Below, piece after piece: positions 40,076-50,380 of a DNA stretch of 64,000 nucleotides. The notes beneath the pieces are model-generated. The model was given only the letters and a program-made list of their open reading frames with translations, was not told where the DNA came from and made no database searches. The stretch is from Candidatus Anderseniibacteriota bacterium. Its GTDB lineage: Bacteria > Patescibacteriota > JAUYIX01. The position numbers and the translations under genes are program-made. Positions within the stretch are counted from its first letter, which is position 1. Each line of letters opens with the position of its first letter. The stretch is taken from the NCBI GenBank assembly GCA_046350855.1, contig JAXLZM010000001.1, forward strand, positions 14,104-78,103, given 5' to 3'.

Positions 40076-42024
40076 TTTCGGTCACACCCGCTACCAAACT
40101 TCCCCTCCACAAACCGCAGCGCTTTACCTATCAAACATCCGCGGGCTCGGTCGCGGTCGGTACGGTCGTCGATGTGCCGCTCGGTCGGCGCGCCGTGGCT
40201 GGTCTTATTACCGGCCAGGCGGAGCGTCCTCGTGGGATCAGCCTCAAAACCGCACGACCGCGCACGACGGTCATTGCCACCCCGTACTTAGCACTGGTTG
40301 AACGACTCTCTCAGATTTACCGGGTCTCGCAAGGCTTGATCGTTAAGTTACTGCTCTCGGGGGCAGTAGCCACGAAAAAAAACGTGACTACGCCGGCGGC
40401 TCCAACCGATAGCACTCCTATCCAGTTACCCAAACTTACTGACGATCAGACAAGAGCAAGTGCGACGATCAAACGCTCGCTCGGTTCATACGCAGATTTT
40501 TTATTGGATGGGATCACCGGCTCCGGCAAAACCGAAGTCTATGCCGATGTGGCTGAGCGCGTTTTGAGGCAGGGGCAACAAGTCGTTCTGCTCGTCCCCG
40601 AGATCGCCATCGCCACTCATCTGGTCGAGCGCTTGCAACGGTACTTTGGCCCGCGCGCGGCGATTTGGCATAGCGGCCTACGCGGACCCGAGCGCAGCCG
40701 GATTTGGTCGGCCGCGGTTACGGGACAGCCCATGCTCTTGATCGGTCCGCGCTCGGCGCTCTTTGTACCCCTCGCCAAACTGGGCACCATCATTCTCGAT
40801 GAGGAGCATGACGGGGCCTACAAGCAGTGGGATCAAGAACCGCGTTTTCATGCGCGGGTAGTGGCGCGCGAGTTGGCTCGCCTCGCAAACTGTCCGCTCA
40901 TCTTAGGCAGTGCCACCCCCAGTATCGAGACACTCCAGCAAGTGACCCTCGGCAAAACCGAGCGACTCGTCTTGCCGCAGCGTTTTGGTGGCAGTGACTT
41001 GCCCGAGGTACAACTGGTCGACCTGAGCGCCACCCCGGCGGGTCAAGTTTTGGCCCCAGCGACGGAGCAGGCCTTACGTGAGACGCTCGTCCAAGGTTTA
41101 CAAGCGATTATCTTGCTCAACCGACGCGGGGCCGCGCCAGCCGTGGTCTGCCAAGCCTGTGGGCACCAGTGGCGCTGCGCGCGCTGTGAGCGCCTCCTGG
41201 TCTGGCACGTGGCCCCGACCCCGCACCTGGCTTGCCATTTTTGCGCGCTCACACAAGCCGTACCGAGTGCCTGTCCGGAGTGCAAGACCGCGGTCTTACG
41301 CTTGCAAGGTGTCGGCACCCAACGTGTGGAGGCCGAACTCAAAGCACTGTACCCTGCTGCGCGCGTCGCGCGCTTAGACGCGGATATCTCGCGCTCGGCC
41401 GGACGCTTAGCCGACATTACTAACAAACTCAGTGAGGGAGCGATCGATCTGTTAGTCGGCACCCAACTGGTCGCCAAAGGCTGGGACCTAGAAAAACTCC
41501 ACTTAGTCGTGGTGCTCAACGCCGATCAAGGCTTGCAAACGCCCGATTTTAGAGCGCACGAACGTACCGTGCAGCTCCTCTGGCAAGTGGCCGGCCGTGC
41601 CGGTCGCCGCAAAAAACGCGGCCAGGTGTTGATCGAGACGCACTATCCCGAGCACCCTGCCATCCGCGCCATCGTGCAGCACAACTACGCCACCTTTGCC
41701 GAGCAAGAGTTGGCCGAACGCAAACGCTACGGCTACCCACCCTTTAGACATATCGTGACCCTCTACCATGAGGCCAACCCCAACGACCCAAGTGTAGTAC
41801 AGCGTGCCACAACCCTCACCAAAACCTTGCTCAAAAAATTGAGCTCCGAGGCAACAAACGGTGCTCATAGCCTTAGTGAGATTTTGCCGCCAACGATCCA
41901 CACCTTGCCGCGGGGCAAAAAAATCGTCGCACTCTCGGTCCTCACCCAACGGCCCGCGCACGTGTTGGCGGTGGTTCCGCCGGAGTGGTCGGTGGATTTG
42001 GATCCGGAGCAACTCCTCAGCTAG
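40066..42024 (+). CDS. priA: Primosomal protein N' (PriA helicase).
   Basis: It has the Walker A motif GITGSGKTEVY and a Cys-rich zinc-binding insertion (CQACGHQWRCARCERLL...CHFCAL...CPECK). Confidence 0.85.
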   Translation: MVLVSVTPATKLPLHKPQRFTYQTSAGSVAVGTVVDVPLGRRAVAGLITGQAERPRGISLKTARPRTTVIATPYLALVERLSQIYRVSQGLIVKLLLSGAVATKKNVTTPAAPTDSTPIQLPKLTDDQTRASATIKRSLGSYADFLLDGITGSGKTEVYADVAERVLRQGQQVVLLVPEIAIATHLVERLQRYFGPRAAIWHSGLRGPERSRIWSAAVTGQPMLLIGPRSALFVPLAKLGTIILDEEHDGAYKQWDQEPRFHARVVARELARLANCPLILGSATPSIETLQQVTLGKTERLVLPQRFGGSDLPEVQLVDLSATPAGQVLAPATEQALRETLVQGLQAIILLNRRGAAPAVVCQACGHQWRCARCERLLVWHVAPTPHLACHFCALTQAVPSACPECKTAVLRLQGVGTQRVEAELKALYPAARVARLDADISRSAGRLADITNKLSEGAIDLLVGTQLVAKGWDLEKLHLVVVLNADQGLQTPDFRAHERTVQLLWQVAGRAGRRKKRGQVLIETHYPEHPAIRAIVQHNYATFAEQELAERKRYGYPPFRHIVTLYHEANPNDPSVVQRATTLTKTLLKKLSSEATNGAHSLSEILPPTIHTLPRGKKIVALSVLTQRPAHVLAVVPPEWSVDLDPEQLLS

Positions 42025-42067
42025 GACTCCTTGACGTCATGGATTTTTTACTGCACACTAGTCCGTC

Positions 42068-42559
42068 ATGAAACAAACTATCCGCATTGGTAACGACCCG
42101 GTCCTGCGTAAGGTCGCGGCTGTAGTCGAGCACGCCGAGCTAGCACCACAACAAATGCAGGCCACGATCGACGCGCTCTTTGAGACTATGGAGTCGGCCG
42201 ATGGCTTGGGATTAGCCGCACCGCAAGTCGGGCTCTCCAAGCGCATCGTGATCGTGGTGCAAGGCAAAAAAGCCATTTGTTTGGTTAACCCGGAGTTCAC
42301 CCCGATTGGGACCGAGCGTGAGTTGGGCGAGGAGGGCTGTCTGTCTTTTCCAGGTCTGTTTGGTAAGGTGGCGCGCTTTAAGCGGATTACGGTCAAAGCC
42401 CTTGGTCGAACCGGTGAACCTCTCAACTTTACCGCCGAGGACATGGACGCACGGGTGATTCAGCACGAGATCGATCATTTAAACGGAGTGCTACTGCCCG
42501 ATCGACTCAAAGAAAAAGAAGAGGCGCCGGCGGCTAGGTCAGACGGTCGGAGCCTGTAA
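42068..42559 (+). CDS. def: Peptide deformylase.
   Basis: The motifs are EGCLSFPG and HEIDHLNG. Confidence 0.9.
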   Translation: MKQTIRIGNDPVLRKVAAVVEHAELAPQQMQATIDALFETMESADGLGLAAPQVGLSKRIVIVVQGKKAICLVNPEFTPIGTERELGEEGCLSFPGLFGKVARFKRITVKALGRTGEPLNFTAEDMDARVIQHEIDHLNGVLLPDRLKEKEEAPAARSDGRSL

Positions 42560-42567
42560 ACGATTCT

Positions 42568-43509
42568 ATGGATCCTCGCATTATCTTCTTTGGTACACCG
42601 GAGTTTGCCGTACCAAGTCTAGAGGCCTTGATCGCGGCCGGGTACAAGCCGCTGGCCGTGGTGACGCAGCCCGCCGCCCCGGTCGGTCGACATGCAAAAC
42701 CGACCGAATCAGCCGTCGCTCGTGCGGCGCACAAGCATGCGATCCCGGTCCAGACACCCGATTCTATTAAGTCCAAAGAATTTATATCGTGGCTACGCGA
42801 GCAAAAACCGGACGTGGCACTCTTAGTCGCCTACGGAAAAATTTTGCCTGAGCCGGTGCTTGCGGTCCCCAAACTTGGCTTTGTTAATGTTCATCCGTCG
42901 CTGCTACCAAACTATCGCGGTGCCTCCCCTATCGCGGGCGCTCTGCTCAACGGTGAGACGCAAACGGGTGTGAGCATTATGCGGCTGGATGCGCAGATGG
43001 ACCACGGTCCGATTTTGGCCCAACAAACCATCGACATTGCAAGTGACGCTACGATGGGCTCACTCTCCAAAAGCCTTGCTGACCTGGGAGCTACATTGCT
43101 GATCAAGACTCTGCCCGACTTTTTGTCCGGTAACAATCAGGGTGAACCCCAAGATCACAGCCAGGCCACCGTTACAAAATTGCTCAAGCGCTCCGATGGT
43201 GAGTTGGACTGGTCACGCTCCGCGATTGAATTAGAGCGCCAGGTCCGCGCCTTTACTCCCTGGCCCGGGACGTTTACCTATCTCGGGGGTGTTCGCCTCA
43301 AAATTTTGGCGGCACAAATCGGGGCCGACGCCCCAGTAGACAACGCGAGTAAACCAGGCGCACTCACCCTCGAGGGTGAGCGACTGTTCATCCAGACGGG
43401 AGCGGGGCAACTCGAGATACTGCGTGTGCAGCTGGCCGGGAAAAAACCGCAAAACGTGGGTGAGTTCATCCATGGACAGCCGCGACTGCGGGGTGCTACA
43501 GTAGGTTAA
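42568..43509 (+). CDS. fmt: Methionyl-tRNA formyltransferase.
   Basis: RIIFFGTPEFAVPSLEAL is the N-terminus and the SLLP formyltransferase core is present. The def-fmt pair is in the standard order. Confidence 0.9.
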   Translation: MDPRIIFFGTPEFAVPSLEALIAAGYKPLAVVTQPAAPVGRHAKPTESAVARAAHKHAIPVQTPDSIKSKEFISWLREQKPDVALLVAYGKILPEPVLAVPKLGFVNVHPSLLPNYRGASPIAGALLNGETQTGVSIMRLDAQMDHGPILAQQTIDIASDATMGSLSKSLADLGATLLIKTLPDFLSGNNQGEPQDHSQATVTKLLKRSDGELDWSRSAIELERQVRAFTPWPGTFTYLGGVRLKILAAQIGADAPVDNASKPGALTLEGERLFIQTGAGQLEILRVQLAGKKPQNVGEFIHGQPRLRGATVG

Positions 43510-44393
43510 TGACTACGCCCAACACACGCGCCCGCACTGCGCGCCTCGTGATCGGCTTGCTGTTGGTCGCCGGGATCGTGGCCGTGATTTGGTACACCCA
43601 GCAGCAAAAAAACGCCGCGCCGACACCGCCCGTTGCTGGGGTTACGGAGCTCTCACTGGAGACGTTCTCGAGTAAGCTGCTTGCCAATGAGCAGGTTTTG
43701 TTACTCGACATCCGATCCGAGAGTGATTTTACGGCCGAACATATCCCTGATTCGATCTCAGTGCCGTCCTACCAGCTGACCGCGCGCTCCAACGAACTCA
43801 AACTCTTTACCGATTGGGACACCGTGATCGTGTGTTCGGCCGAGTGCGCTGAGTTAGCGCAGGCGGTCCACGACTTACAGCTCAGCGGGTTTACTAAGCT
43901 GTCTACGTTGGCCGGTGGGTTTGCCACCTACAAAGACGCCGGGCTCTCGACCGCCTCGGAGTCTAATTTGGTGCAAGCGGACTTGGCTAAGATCCTCAAA
44001 GGTGTGTCGGTGCCAGAACTCTCGCTCGACGAGTTTAAGGCTACACAAAAGGAGGCCGCCTCAAAATCGGGCGTGTTTATCCTCGATAGCCGCACTTCTT
44101 TTGAATTTGTCACCGGTTTTATTCCGGGGGCTACAAATATTCCGCTGCACACGATCGCCGCGAGTGTCCAACACGGCTTTATTCCGCGTGACAAAAAAAT
44201 CGTGGTCTACGACCGGGTTGGTAATCGCGCCAAGATCGCGGTGCAAGCCCTGCTCGATGCGGGGTACAAAAACGTGTTCAACCTGACGGGTGGAATCGAG
44301 GCCTGGACCAAAGCTAAAGGCGAGACCGCGCTGCCCAAGGCAGACGGCAGCGACCTACCGCAGTTGATCCCGGTGCTCTATCCGGAGCACTAA
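43509..44393 (+). CDS. Membrane-anchored tandem-rhodanese-domain sulfurtransferase.
   Basis: An N-terminal TM is followed by two rhodanese-like modules, each with a conserved Cys-containing loop. The start ATG overlaps the fmt stop. Confidence 0.7.
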   Translation: MTTPNTRARTARLVIGLLLVAGIVAVIWYTQQQKNAAPTPPVAGVTELSLETFSSKLLANEQVLLLDIRSESDFTAEHIPDSISVPSYQLTARSNELKLFTDWDTVIVCSAECAELAQAVHDLQLSGFTKLSTLAGGFATYKDAGLSTASESNLVQADLAKILKGVSVPELSLDEFKATQKEAASKSGVFILDSRTSFEFVTGFIPGATNIPLHTIAASVQHGFIPRDKKIVVYDRVGNRAKIAVQALLDAGYKNVFNLTGGIEAWTKAKGETALPKADGSDLPQLIPVLYPEH

Positions 44394-44461
44394 CTTTGAC
44401 AATCGAGCGTAACTCTGCTTGAATAGCCCACCGTTTATAAGACGGTAAAGGAGCGTACTGG

Positions 44462-44743
44462 ATGAACTTTGCCATTTTCCAAGACGAGGATGGGATGGTA
44501 CTGGCCTCTGTCACTGAGTCAGATCGTACGGATTTCAAAAAAGAACAACCAAAGAACTCTGGTCCGATCAAGCTCCTGGCCTTTGAAAAAATCGAGAACT
44601 ATCTCGGACACAATACGGCTGACTTGGCGGACAACCTCATGGCCCTCGACGAGGTCATGCACGGTAGCATGGATGCCTTTTTGAGCGGCCTGATCTGTAA
44701 CGCTTACGAGTTGGGCCGACAACATGGTCGACGTCGCCGCTAG
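44462..44743 (+). CDS. Hypothetical small protein with an Arg-rich C-terminus.
   Basis: It is a 93-aa ORF (MNFAIFQDEDG...) with no recognisable motif. Confidence 0.35.
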   Translation: MNFAIFQDEDGMVLASVTESDRTDFKKEQPKNSGPIKLLAFEKIENYLGHNTADLADNLMALDEVMHGSMDAFLSGLICNAYELGRQHGRRRR

Positions 44744-44844
44744 CTACACTACGCCGCTGGTTCCAACTAGGACTGGCGGTTTTTTATTCGATGAGCGCTA
44801 CGTGGCTCTAGGCCAGGACGAACCAATACGCTAGCATTACGCGC

Positions 44845-46692
44845 ATGTGTGGAATCGCTGGTTTTGTGGGGCAGAACCCCGCTCTTCTCGAAAAAATGCT
44901 CGGGTCGATCAAACATCGAGGCCCCGACGGCCAAGGCACGGATACCCGTGCGCCCTTTAGCATTGGAATGCGCCGACTCGCCATCATCGACCCAAAGCAC
45001 GGCCAGCAACCGATCTACAGCGCCGATAAAAAGATCAGCATTATTCTCAACGGCGAAATCTACAACTACCCCGAGCTCTGGCGCGAGCTTAAGTCCAAGG
45101 GCTACCGCTTTACCACCGATCACAGCGACACCGAGGCAGTCCTGCATGCTTATGAGGAGTGGGGCCGCGACTGCGTCCACCACCTGGTCGGCATGTTTGC
45201 TTTTGCGATTCATGATGCAAGACGGGGTGAACTCTTTATCGCCCGCGACCGCCTCGGGATTAAGCCGCTTTATTACACGACCGCCGGCAAAAGCAGTGGC
45301 TCAACTCACTTCGCCTTCGCCTCAGAATTCAAATCGCTCTTGCAAGACCCGAGCATCCCCCGTCGCCCCAACCGCGACATCGTCCGACAATTTCTCTTGT
45401 ACCGCGTCCACGACGCAACAGAGCACACTTTTTTTGACGGCATCAAGCGACTCCTCCCCGGCCACTGGATGATCGTCACGGACCAAGGAATCCAAAAAAT
45501 CCAGCGCTACTGGGAGCCAGAGGTTAATCCGGAGTTTAGTTCAGCCAAGTCAGACGACGAGTATGCACAAGAATTTTACGAACTCTACAAAAAAGTAATC
45601 AAGCGCCACTTGCTCGCGGACGTGCCGGTCGGCGTGACGCTGTCCGGCGGCCTCGACTCAACCGGCGTGACCTGCGTGACCGCCGAGCTACTGAGAGCAG
45701 GCAGCGACCTCCACACCGGCAACCGGCTGCATACTTTTTCGGCGCTGTTCCCGGGCCAGACCATCGATGAGAGCGAGTTCATCCATGAGGTCGAGCGCTA
45801 TACGCAGACCGTCCCGCACTATGCCCACCCCGATGTCGAGACGTTTTGGGGCGAGCTCGACGCGTGGATGTTTACGCAGGAGGAACCGACGATTTCGAGT
45901 GCGCCCTATGCCTACTACTCCGTGTATCGTGAGGTCAGTAAGCACGTTAAGGTCGCTTTATCGGGCAATGGCGGGGATGAACTCTTGGCCGGCTATGTCC
46001 CCTATCTCAAGTCGTATCTGACGTCGGCGCGCGATCAGCATCATTACGGTGCGATCGTGCGAGAGTTGGTACGGGGTTTTAGTGTGTATCGTCGGGCACT
46101 CGGCCAAGCGGTTGCCGAGCGTAATCGACTGCGGGGCCAACCGCTCTCGATGCGAGAGCTGGTTCTGCCGGACATTGCTGCAACAAAGCGCACGGATTAT
46201 CAGATCGAACGTAACTTAAATAAACGCCTCGCGTTAGATGTCACTCGCTACTCGACACCCAACTTACTGCGCTACGAGGACAAGAACTCGATGGCATTCT
46301 CAGTAGAGTCACGTGTTCCCTTTTTGGATCATGAGTTGGTCGAGTACATCTTTAAGCTCCCGATCGACCAAAAGATTAAAAAAGGTTGGACTCGGGCGGT
46401 CTACCGCAATGCTATGCGCGGTCACATGCCTGAGAAGATTCGGTTGCGACGGAGCAAGATCGGATTTACCAACCCGGAGCTAGGTTGGCTCAAGGCTAAA
46501 TCGGGACCGATTAGTGAGATCTTTGCGAGCAAGCAACTGGCGAGTCGCGAACTCTACCAAGACGGTGCAGTCGCCGATGCCTGGCAAGCCTGGCTCAAGG
46601 GCAAACCGGGCGACGGCCTGCTCTTTTGGCGCATTCTCTGCACAGAACTCTGGATGCGTCGCTTTATTGACCAGTCGGTAGCGAGCCAGTAG
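44845..46692 (+). CDS. asnB: Asparagine synthetase (glutamine-hydrolysing).
   Basis: It has the N-terminal MCGIAGF nucleophile Cys and the PP-loop SGGLDSS. Confidence 0.9.
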   Translation: MCGIAGFVGQNPALLEKMLGSIKHRGPDGQGTDTRAPFSIGMRRLAIIDPKHGQQPIYSADKKISIILNGEIYNYPELWRELKSKGYRFTTDHSDTEAVLHAYEEWGRDCVHHLVGMFAFAIHDARRGELFIARDRLGIKPLYYTTAGKSSGSTHFAFASEFKSLLQDPSIPRRPNRDIVRQFLLYRVHDATEHTFFDGIKRLLPGHWMIVTDQGIQKIQRYWEPEVNPEFSSAKSDDEYAQEFYELYKKVIKRHLLADVPVGVTLSGGLDSTGVTCVTAELLRAGSDLHTGNRLHTFSALFPGQTIDESEFIHEVERYTQTVPHYAHPDVETFWGELDAWMFTQEEPTISSAPYAYYSVYREVSKHVKVALSGNGGDELLAGYVPYLKSYLTSARDQHHYGAIVRELVRGFSVYRRALGQAVAERNRLRGQPLSMRELVLPDIAATKRTDYQIERNLNKRLALDVTRYSTPNLLRYEDKNSMAFSVESRVPFLDHELVEYIFKLPIDQKIKKGWTRAVYRNAMRGHMPEKIRLRRSKIGFTNPELGWLKAKSGPISEIFASKQLASRELYQDGAVADAWQAWLKGKPGDGLLFWRILCTELWMRRFIDQSVASQ

Positions 46693-46987
46693 CCAGTTCG
46701 TAATTGAGTTCTACGGGCCCAATTTTCTCCAGACACTCTTTTTTCATTGCTCGGTGTTTTTGATTTATTTCCTTGTTCATATTCGCGGGTAAGTTTTCTC
46801 CCACACTAAATCCAATCGTGTAGTGTTCTTCATTTAATTTAAAAATGCCAAATCCTTCATGAGTCAGCCCTTCCTCACTTAATGTTCTAATAGCATCTTT
46901 TCTGTAAGTAGTATGCAATAGCTTGCACCAGTTGAGCCATGCTTCTAACTTTCCTTTTTTTATTTTGAATAAACTCATTTTTATCAT
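46664..46987 (-). CDS. Hypothetical protein in a local AT-rich patch.
   Basis: It is a 107-aa ORF that overlaps the asnB 3' end by 29 nt. It is low-GC and has no motif. Confidence 0.3.
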   Translation of the reverse strand: MIKMSLFKIKKGKLEAWLNWCKLLHTTYRKDAIRTLSEEGLTHEGFGIFKLNEEHYTIGFSVGENLPANMNKEINQKHRAMKKECLEKIGPVELNYELATGSLPTGQ

Positions 46988-47096
46988 TCTCGTATTATAA
47001 CCTAAACTACTAATCCCGCGTTGAAAAAACAGGTTTACTGTAGTACCATATACCGATTATTCGGAACGATCAGGCACACTTAGGAGAACCACACCC

Positions 47097-47771
47097 ATGA
47101 CAACCCCAAACATCACCATCGACGGAACCACCTACGACCGCTTCCCGATCAAGACCCACTTGATCCACATCAAGGAGGACATCAATCCGCTGCTAGAAAA
47201 ACTTGTCGTTCCCCAAGCCAAACCCGGCGACTGGATCGCCATCTCCGAAAAATTTGTCGCCATCGCCCAAGGCCGCGTCATCCACGAATCCGTCGTCAAA
47301 GCGAGCTGGCTCGCCAAGCTCCTCGTCAAAGGCGTCAAAAAGCACAAGGACGACATCGGCTACTCGCACCCCAAAAAAATGCAGGTTGCGATTATGCAGG
47401 CTGGTTACACTCGAATGTTCTTTGCTGGTCTTCTTGGCGCGGTCACTCGCCTCTTTGGCCGCCACGGCGACTTTTGGCGCATTGCCGGGCACCGGGTCAG
47501 TGAGATCGATGGGTTCAACCCGGATGCCATCCCGCCCTTTAATGAATTTGCCATGCTCGGTCCGGCCGATCCCACCAAAACCTGTCAGGAGATCGAGGAT
47601 CGCCATCACATCCCGGCCGTGATCATCGACGGCAACAACATCAACGTCGAGGTCCTCGGCATGAGTCGCGGCGTGCCGGTCACCAAGGAGCTCGCCCGTA
47701 AGATTCTCCTCGACAACCCCATGGGCCAGTCGGATGAACTGACGCCGATTATCTTAGTACGGGAAAAGTGA
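47097..47771 (+). CDS. CofE-like (F420-0:gamma-glutamyl ligase family, PF01996) protein.
   Basis: PGDWIAISEKFVAIAQGRV and VIIDGNNINVEV resemble the CofE GD(V/I)xVxSxKxVSKAEGR and NAGID motifs. Its C-terminal 12 aa are duplicated at 55117-55151. Confidence 0.5.
   Translation: MTTPNITIDGTTYDRFPIKTHLIHIKEDINPLLEKLVVPQAKPGDWIAISEKFVAIAQGRVIHESVVKASWLAKLLVKGVKKHKDDIGYSHPKKMQVAIMQAGYTRMFFAGLLGAVTRLFGRHGDFWRIAGHRVSEIDGFNPDAIPPFNEFAMLGPADPTKTCQEIEDRHHIPAVIIDGNNINVEVLGMSRGVPVTKELARKILLDNPMGQSDELTPIILVREK
47731..47760 (+). repeat. Copy 1 of a roughly 38-nt dispersed repeat GGCCAGTCGGATGAACTGACGCCGATTATCTTAGT.
   Basis: It is about 90% identical to 55117-55151 and encodes GQSDELTPIILV at the end of the CofE-like gene. 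Confidence 0.5.
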
Positions 47772-48325
47772 AACTGAGTACGGAGCAAGATATTTTAGAC
47801 CTAATCAGTGCGGACCCGTGGATGATGGAGGTTTTGCGTGTGGTCGAAAAACTAAATCTGCCCAATTGCTGGATCGGCGCTGGGTTCGTCCGGAATACAG
47901 TGTGGGATGCACTCTTTGATACACCAGTGCGCACTCCTCTCGATGACGTCGATGTAGTCTTTTTTGATTCCAAAGATCAGTCAGGGGAAAGAGAAACAAA
48001 GTTAGAACACGAGCTCGCAGCAAAGATGCCTGAAATCAAATGGTCCGTCACCAACCAAGCCAGGATGGCAAAAATAAAAGGAGACGCCCCCTATCTGTCT
48101 ACTAAAGATGCGCTGGCGGCTTGGCCGGAGACTGCAACCGCTGTGTCAGTCCGCCTTACCGGTGTTGAGCTTGAGTTACTTGCACCGCATGGCATCAAGG
48201 ACATGATTGGTGGGATTGTTCGGCCAACGCCAATCTTCTCCAGGAAAGAAGAGCAGTTTGCGGCCCGTCAAGCTAAGAAAAACTGGAAAAGCAAGTGGCC
48301 CAATCTCATCCTACCTCGGTTTTAA
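47768..48325 (+). CDS. Uncharacterised nucleotidyltransferase family protein (PF06042-like).
   Basis: CWIGAGFVRNTVWDALFD and DVDVVFFD motifs are present. It is coupled to the preceding gene (ATGA-type overlap). Confidence 0.55.
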   Translation: MKLSTEQDILDLISADPWMMEVLRVVEKLNLPNCWIGAGFVRNTVWDALFDTPVRTPLDDVDVVFFDSKDQSGERETKLEHELAAKMPEIKWSVTNQARMAKIKGDAPYLSTKDALAAWPETATAVSVRLTGVELELLAPHGIKDMIGGIVRPTPIFSRKEEQFAARQAKKNWKSKWPNLILPRF

Positions 48326-48703
48326 CTCTACTTCTCCCTTACGATAATCAAACTTAACTACGAAGTTCTCGAAAAGTCCTATTTGGCCAACAACACCATA
48401 GTTTGACACTTCTCCAACCTGCGGCATAAATGCCACGTCAGTCTCAAAACTCCAGCCGCCCACTTCGATTTCGACTTTGTGTGCATATGACGGAGCGTTT
48501 TGACCGGCGATGCCCGTAATACTACCCCTTGTGCCTGTGGTCACGTCTAAACCAATCGCGTCGCCAATTTCCGCATCAAATACTGCCAGATCAGCCCCGG
48601 AGTCGACTAAGACTTCATAGTTCGCTATTTTGCTGGCATTTTTTACCGTAACCGGAATGACCGGCCGTAAGTACGGTCCGAACTTTTTATAACGAAATTT
48701 CAT
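48311..48703 (-). CDS. Retropepsin-like (clan AA) aspartyl protease.
   Basis: EVLVDSGADLAVF carries the D(S/T)GA active-site motif. It is about 130 aa, the size of a single-lobe pepsin-like fold. Confidence 0.6.
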   Translation of the reverse strand: MKFRYKKFGPYLRPVIPVTVKNASKIANYEVLVDSGADLAVFDAEIGDAIGLDVTTGTRGSITGIAGQNAPSYAHKVEIEVGGWSFETDVAFMPQVGEVSNYGVVGQIGLFENFVVKFDYRKGEVELKPR

Positions 48704-48905
48704 TGCGATAGCCTACGTACGCATTCAAGTTAGTAGGCATTCGCATGAGAATAGGATTATCGTGGCCCTTCTCTCGGGCCACGGCCAGCGCTTGTTTAGC
48801 AGTCTTACCACTGCCAACAACCGTCTTTTCGTCCTTGAGAAAAGCGACCCAGAGTCCTTTGTATTTTTTATAGGTTTTGGTCCAGTCGATTGCCATGCTT
48901 GGCAT
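48687..48905 (-). CDS. Small protein, the partner of the aspartyl protease.
   Basis: It is a 72-aa ORF whose stop overlaps the protease start by 17 nt. Confidence 0.4.
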   Translation of the reverse strand: MPSMAIDWTKTYKKYKGLWVAFLKDEKTVVGSGKTAKQALAVAREKGHDNPILMRMPTNLNAYVGYRNEISL

Positions 48906-49034
48906 GCTAGCAACCTAACATTAAATAATTGTTAAATAAAAAGTACCTTTTGCACAAGACCACTATTCGCTATATATCCCTACGTTTCCAAAAGAAAAGC
49001 CGCCCCAGGAGATCCCAGGACGGCTAACGAGTAG

Positions 49035-50303
49035 TCAGGCAACTTCAACGATCGGCTCTACGCTGATGATCTCAGTGGCAACGGGCAAAGAACGCTCCGG
49101 CCTACCAAAGCACCAGAACCAAAGGACTAGGGCCACCAAACAAATGGCGCTTGTGCAGATCCATGTACCAAGTGGACCAACCGTACCAACAATCAGCGCT
49201 CCGAACGTGAGTCCGGCAACCGCGGCAATACTTTGCGCGGTACTGTCGATCGACAGGATGGTCGCCTGGACGTCGTCCTGCTCTCGTTGAGCGATACAGC
49301 CAAGATGGGAGCGTCGACTAACACCAAAGAGTCCCCTACCCAGCTCGTGCAGCAAAAAGCAGAAGACAATCACACTAAAGTGCCGCGCAATACCCGCACC
49401 GATTAACGCCACGAGCGTGATACTACCAGTCGCCATAAACCAGCGATTAGGCGCGACGCTCCCGCTCGTACGTTTGGCAATCCACATACCAAACGTGCAA
49501 GCGATAATAATCAGCACCCAGGCCATTCCAAACCACTTTGTCGCAACTCCGGATGAACTCAAAACGAGTGCCCAGTACATGTTGGCAGGCTGCATAGCGA
49601 TGGCCAAGATTACGCCAAAGAGTGAACAGCTCAGGATTCGCTCGTGCTTGCAGGATCGAAGCGCCTGCAAAAACACGTCGCGAGAACCCGCCTTCAACTT
49701 ACGATTGGGTGCCGGTTGAGCGCTCGATTTGGTGTCCTCCATTAATACCCAAGCACACAGAGCCGTCGTCAGATACAACATGCTGCACAATGCAAATGGT
49801 ATCCCCAATCCCCAGACCGAACTGTACGCACCAACAACCGAGGCAACCATCGAGAAACCATTACTGATCATCTCGCGCTGATTGTAGATCTGGTTGAGGG
49901 CCTGGGAGTACGACTCGCGATCGGTCGCGAGCTCACGCTCGTATCGGGCATTAAACCACGCTTCAAACGCTCCACTTTCGCAGGTACTGCCGACGGCAAT
50001 CAGTGACTCCGCAAGGATAAACAACCCCAGTGTCGAGACTTGCGAGTAGAGCGCGGTTCCGCCAGCCATAAGGACACATGCCACAATAAACGAGAGCTTA
50101 CGGCCAAAGAGATCAGCCATAATCCCTGTCGGCACGTCCGAAAAACACTTGATCGCCCAGTACGCGATATTGGGCAACATGATCTGCGCTGGTGTGAGCC
50201 CATGCGCGTGCAAAAAGATCACGTAGTACCCAAAGCAAAAAGAAATACTGCTCTTGTAGAGCGCTGAGAGTAGCCAATAAATCCAAACCGTGCGTGTGCG
50301 CAT
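49035..50303 (-). CDS. MFS transporter.
   Basis: It has 12 predicted TM helices, and the DLFGRK motif sits between TM2 and TM3. Confidence 0.8.
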   Translation of the reverse strand: MRTRTVWIYWLLSALYKSSISFCFGYYVIFLHAHGLTPAQIMLPNIAYWAIKCFSDVPTGIMADLFGRKLSFIVACVLMAGGTALYSQVSTLGLFILAESLIAVGSTCESGAFEAWFNARYERELATDRESYSQALNQIYNQREMISNGFSMVASVVGAYSSVWGLGIPFALCSMLYLTTALCAWVLMEDTKSSAQPAPNRKLKAGSRDVFLQALRSCKHERILSCSLFGVILAIAMQPANMYWALVLSSSGVATKWFGMAWVLIIIACTFGMWIAKRTSGSVAPNRWFMATGSITLVALIGAGIARHFSVIVFCFLLHELGRGLFGVSRRSHLGCIAQREQDDVQATILSIDSTAQSIAAVAGLTFGALIVGTVGPLGTWICTSAICLVALVLWFWCFGRPERSLPVATEIISVEPIVEVA

Positions 50304-50380
50304 TGAGACCTCGCCTTTCTAATCGTTACGTTGGTATTAAGTTGGTAATGAGCCCTAGTTCTGCCTGCTATTAGCCTGTG

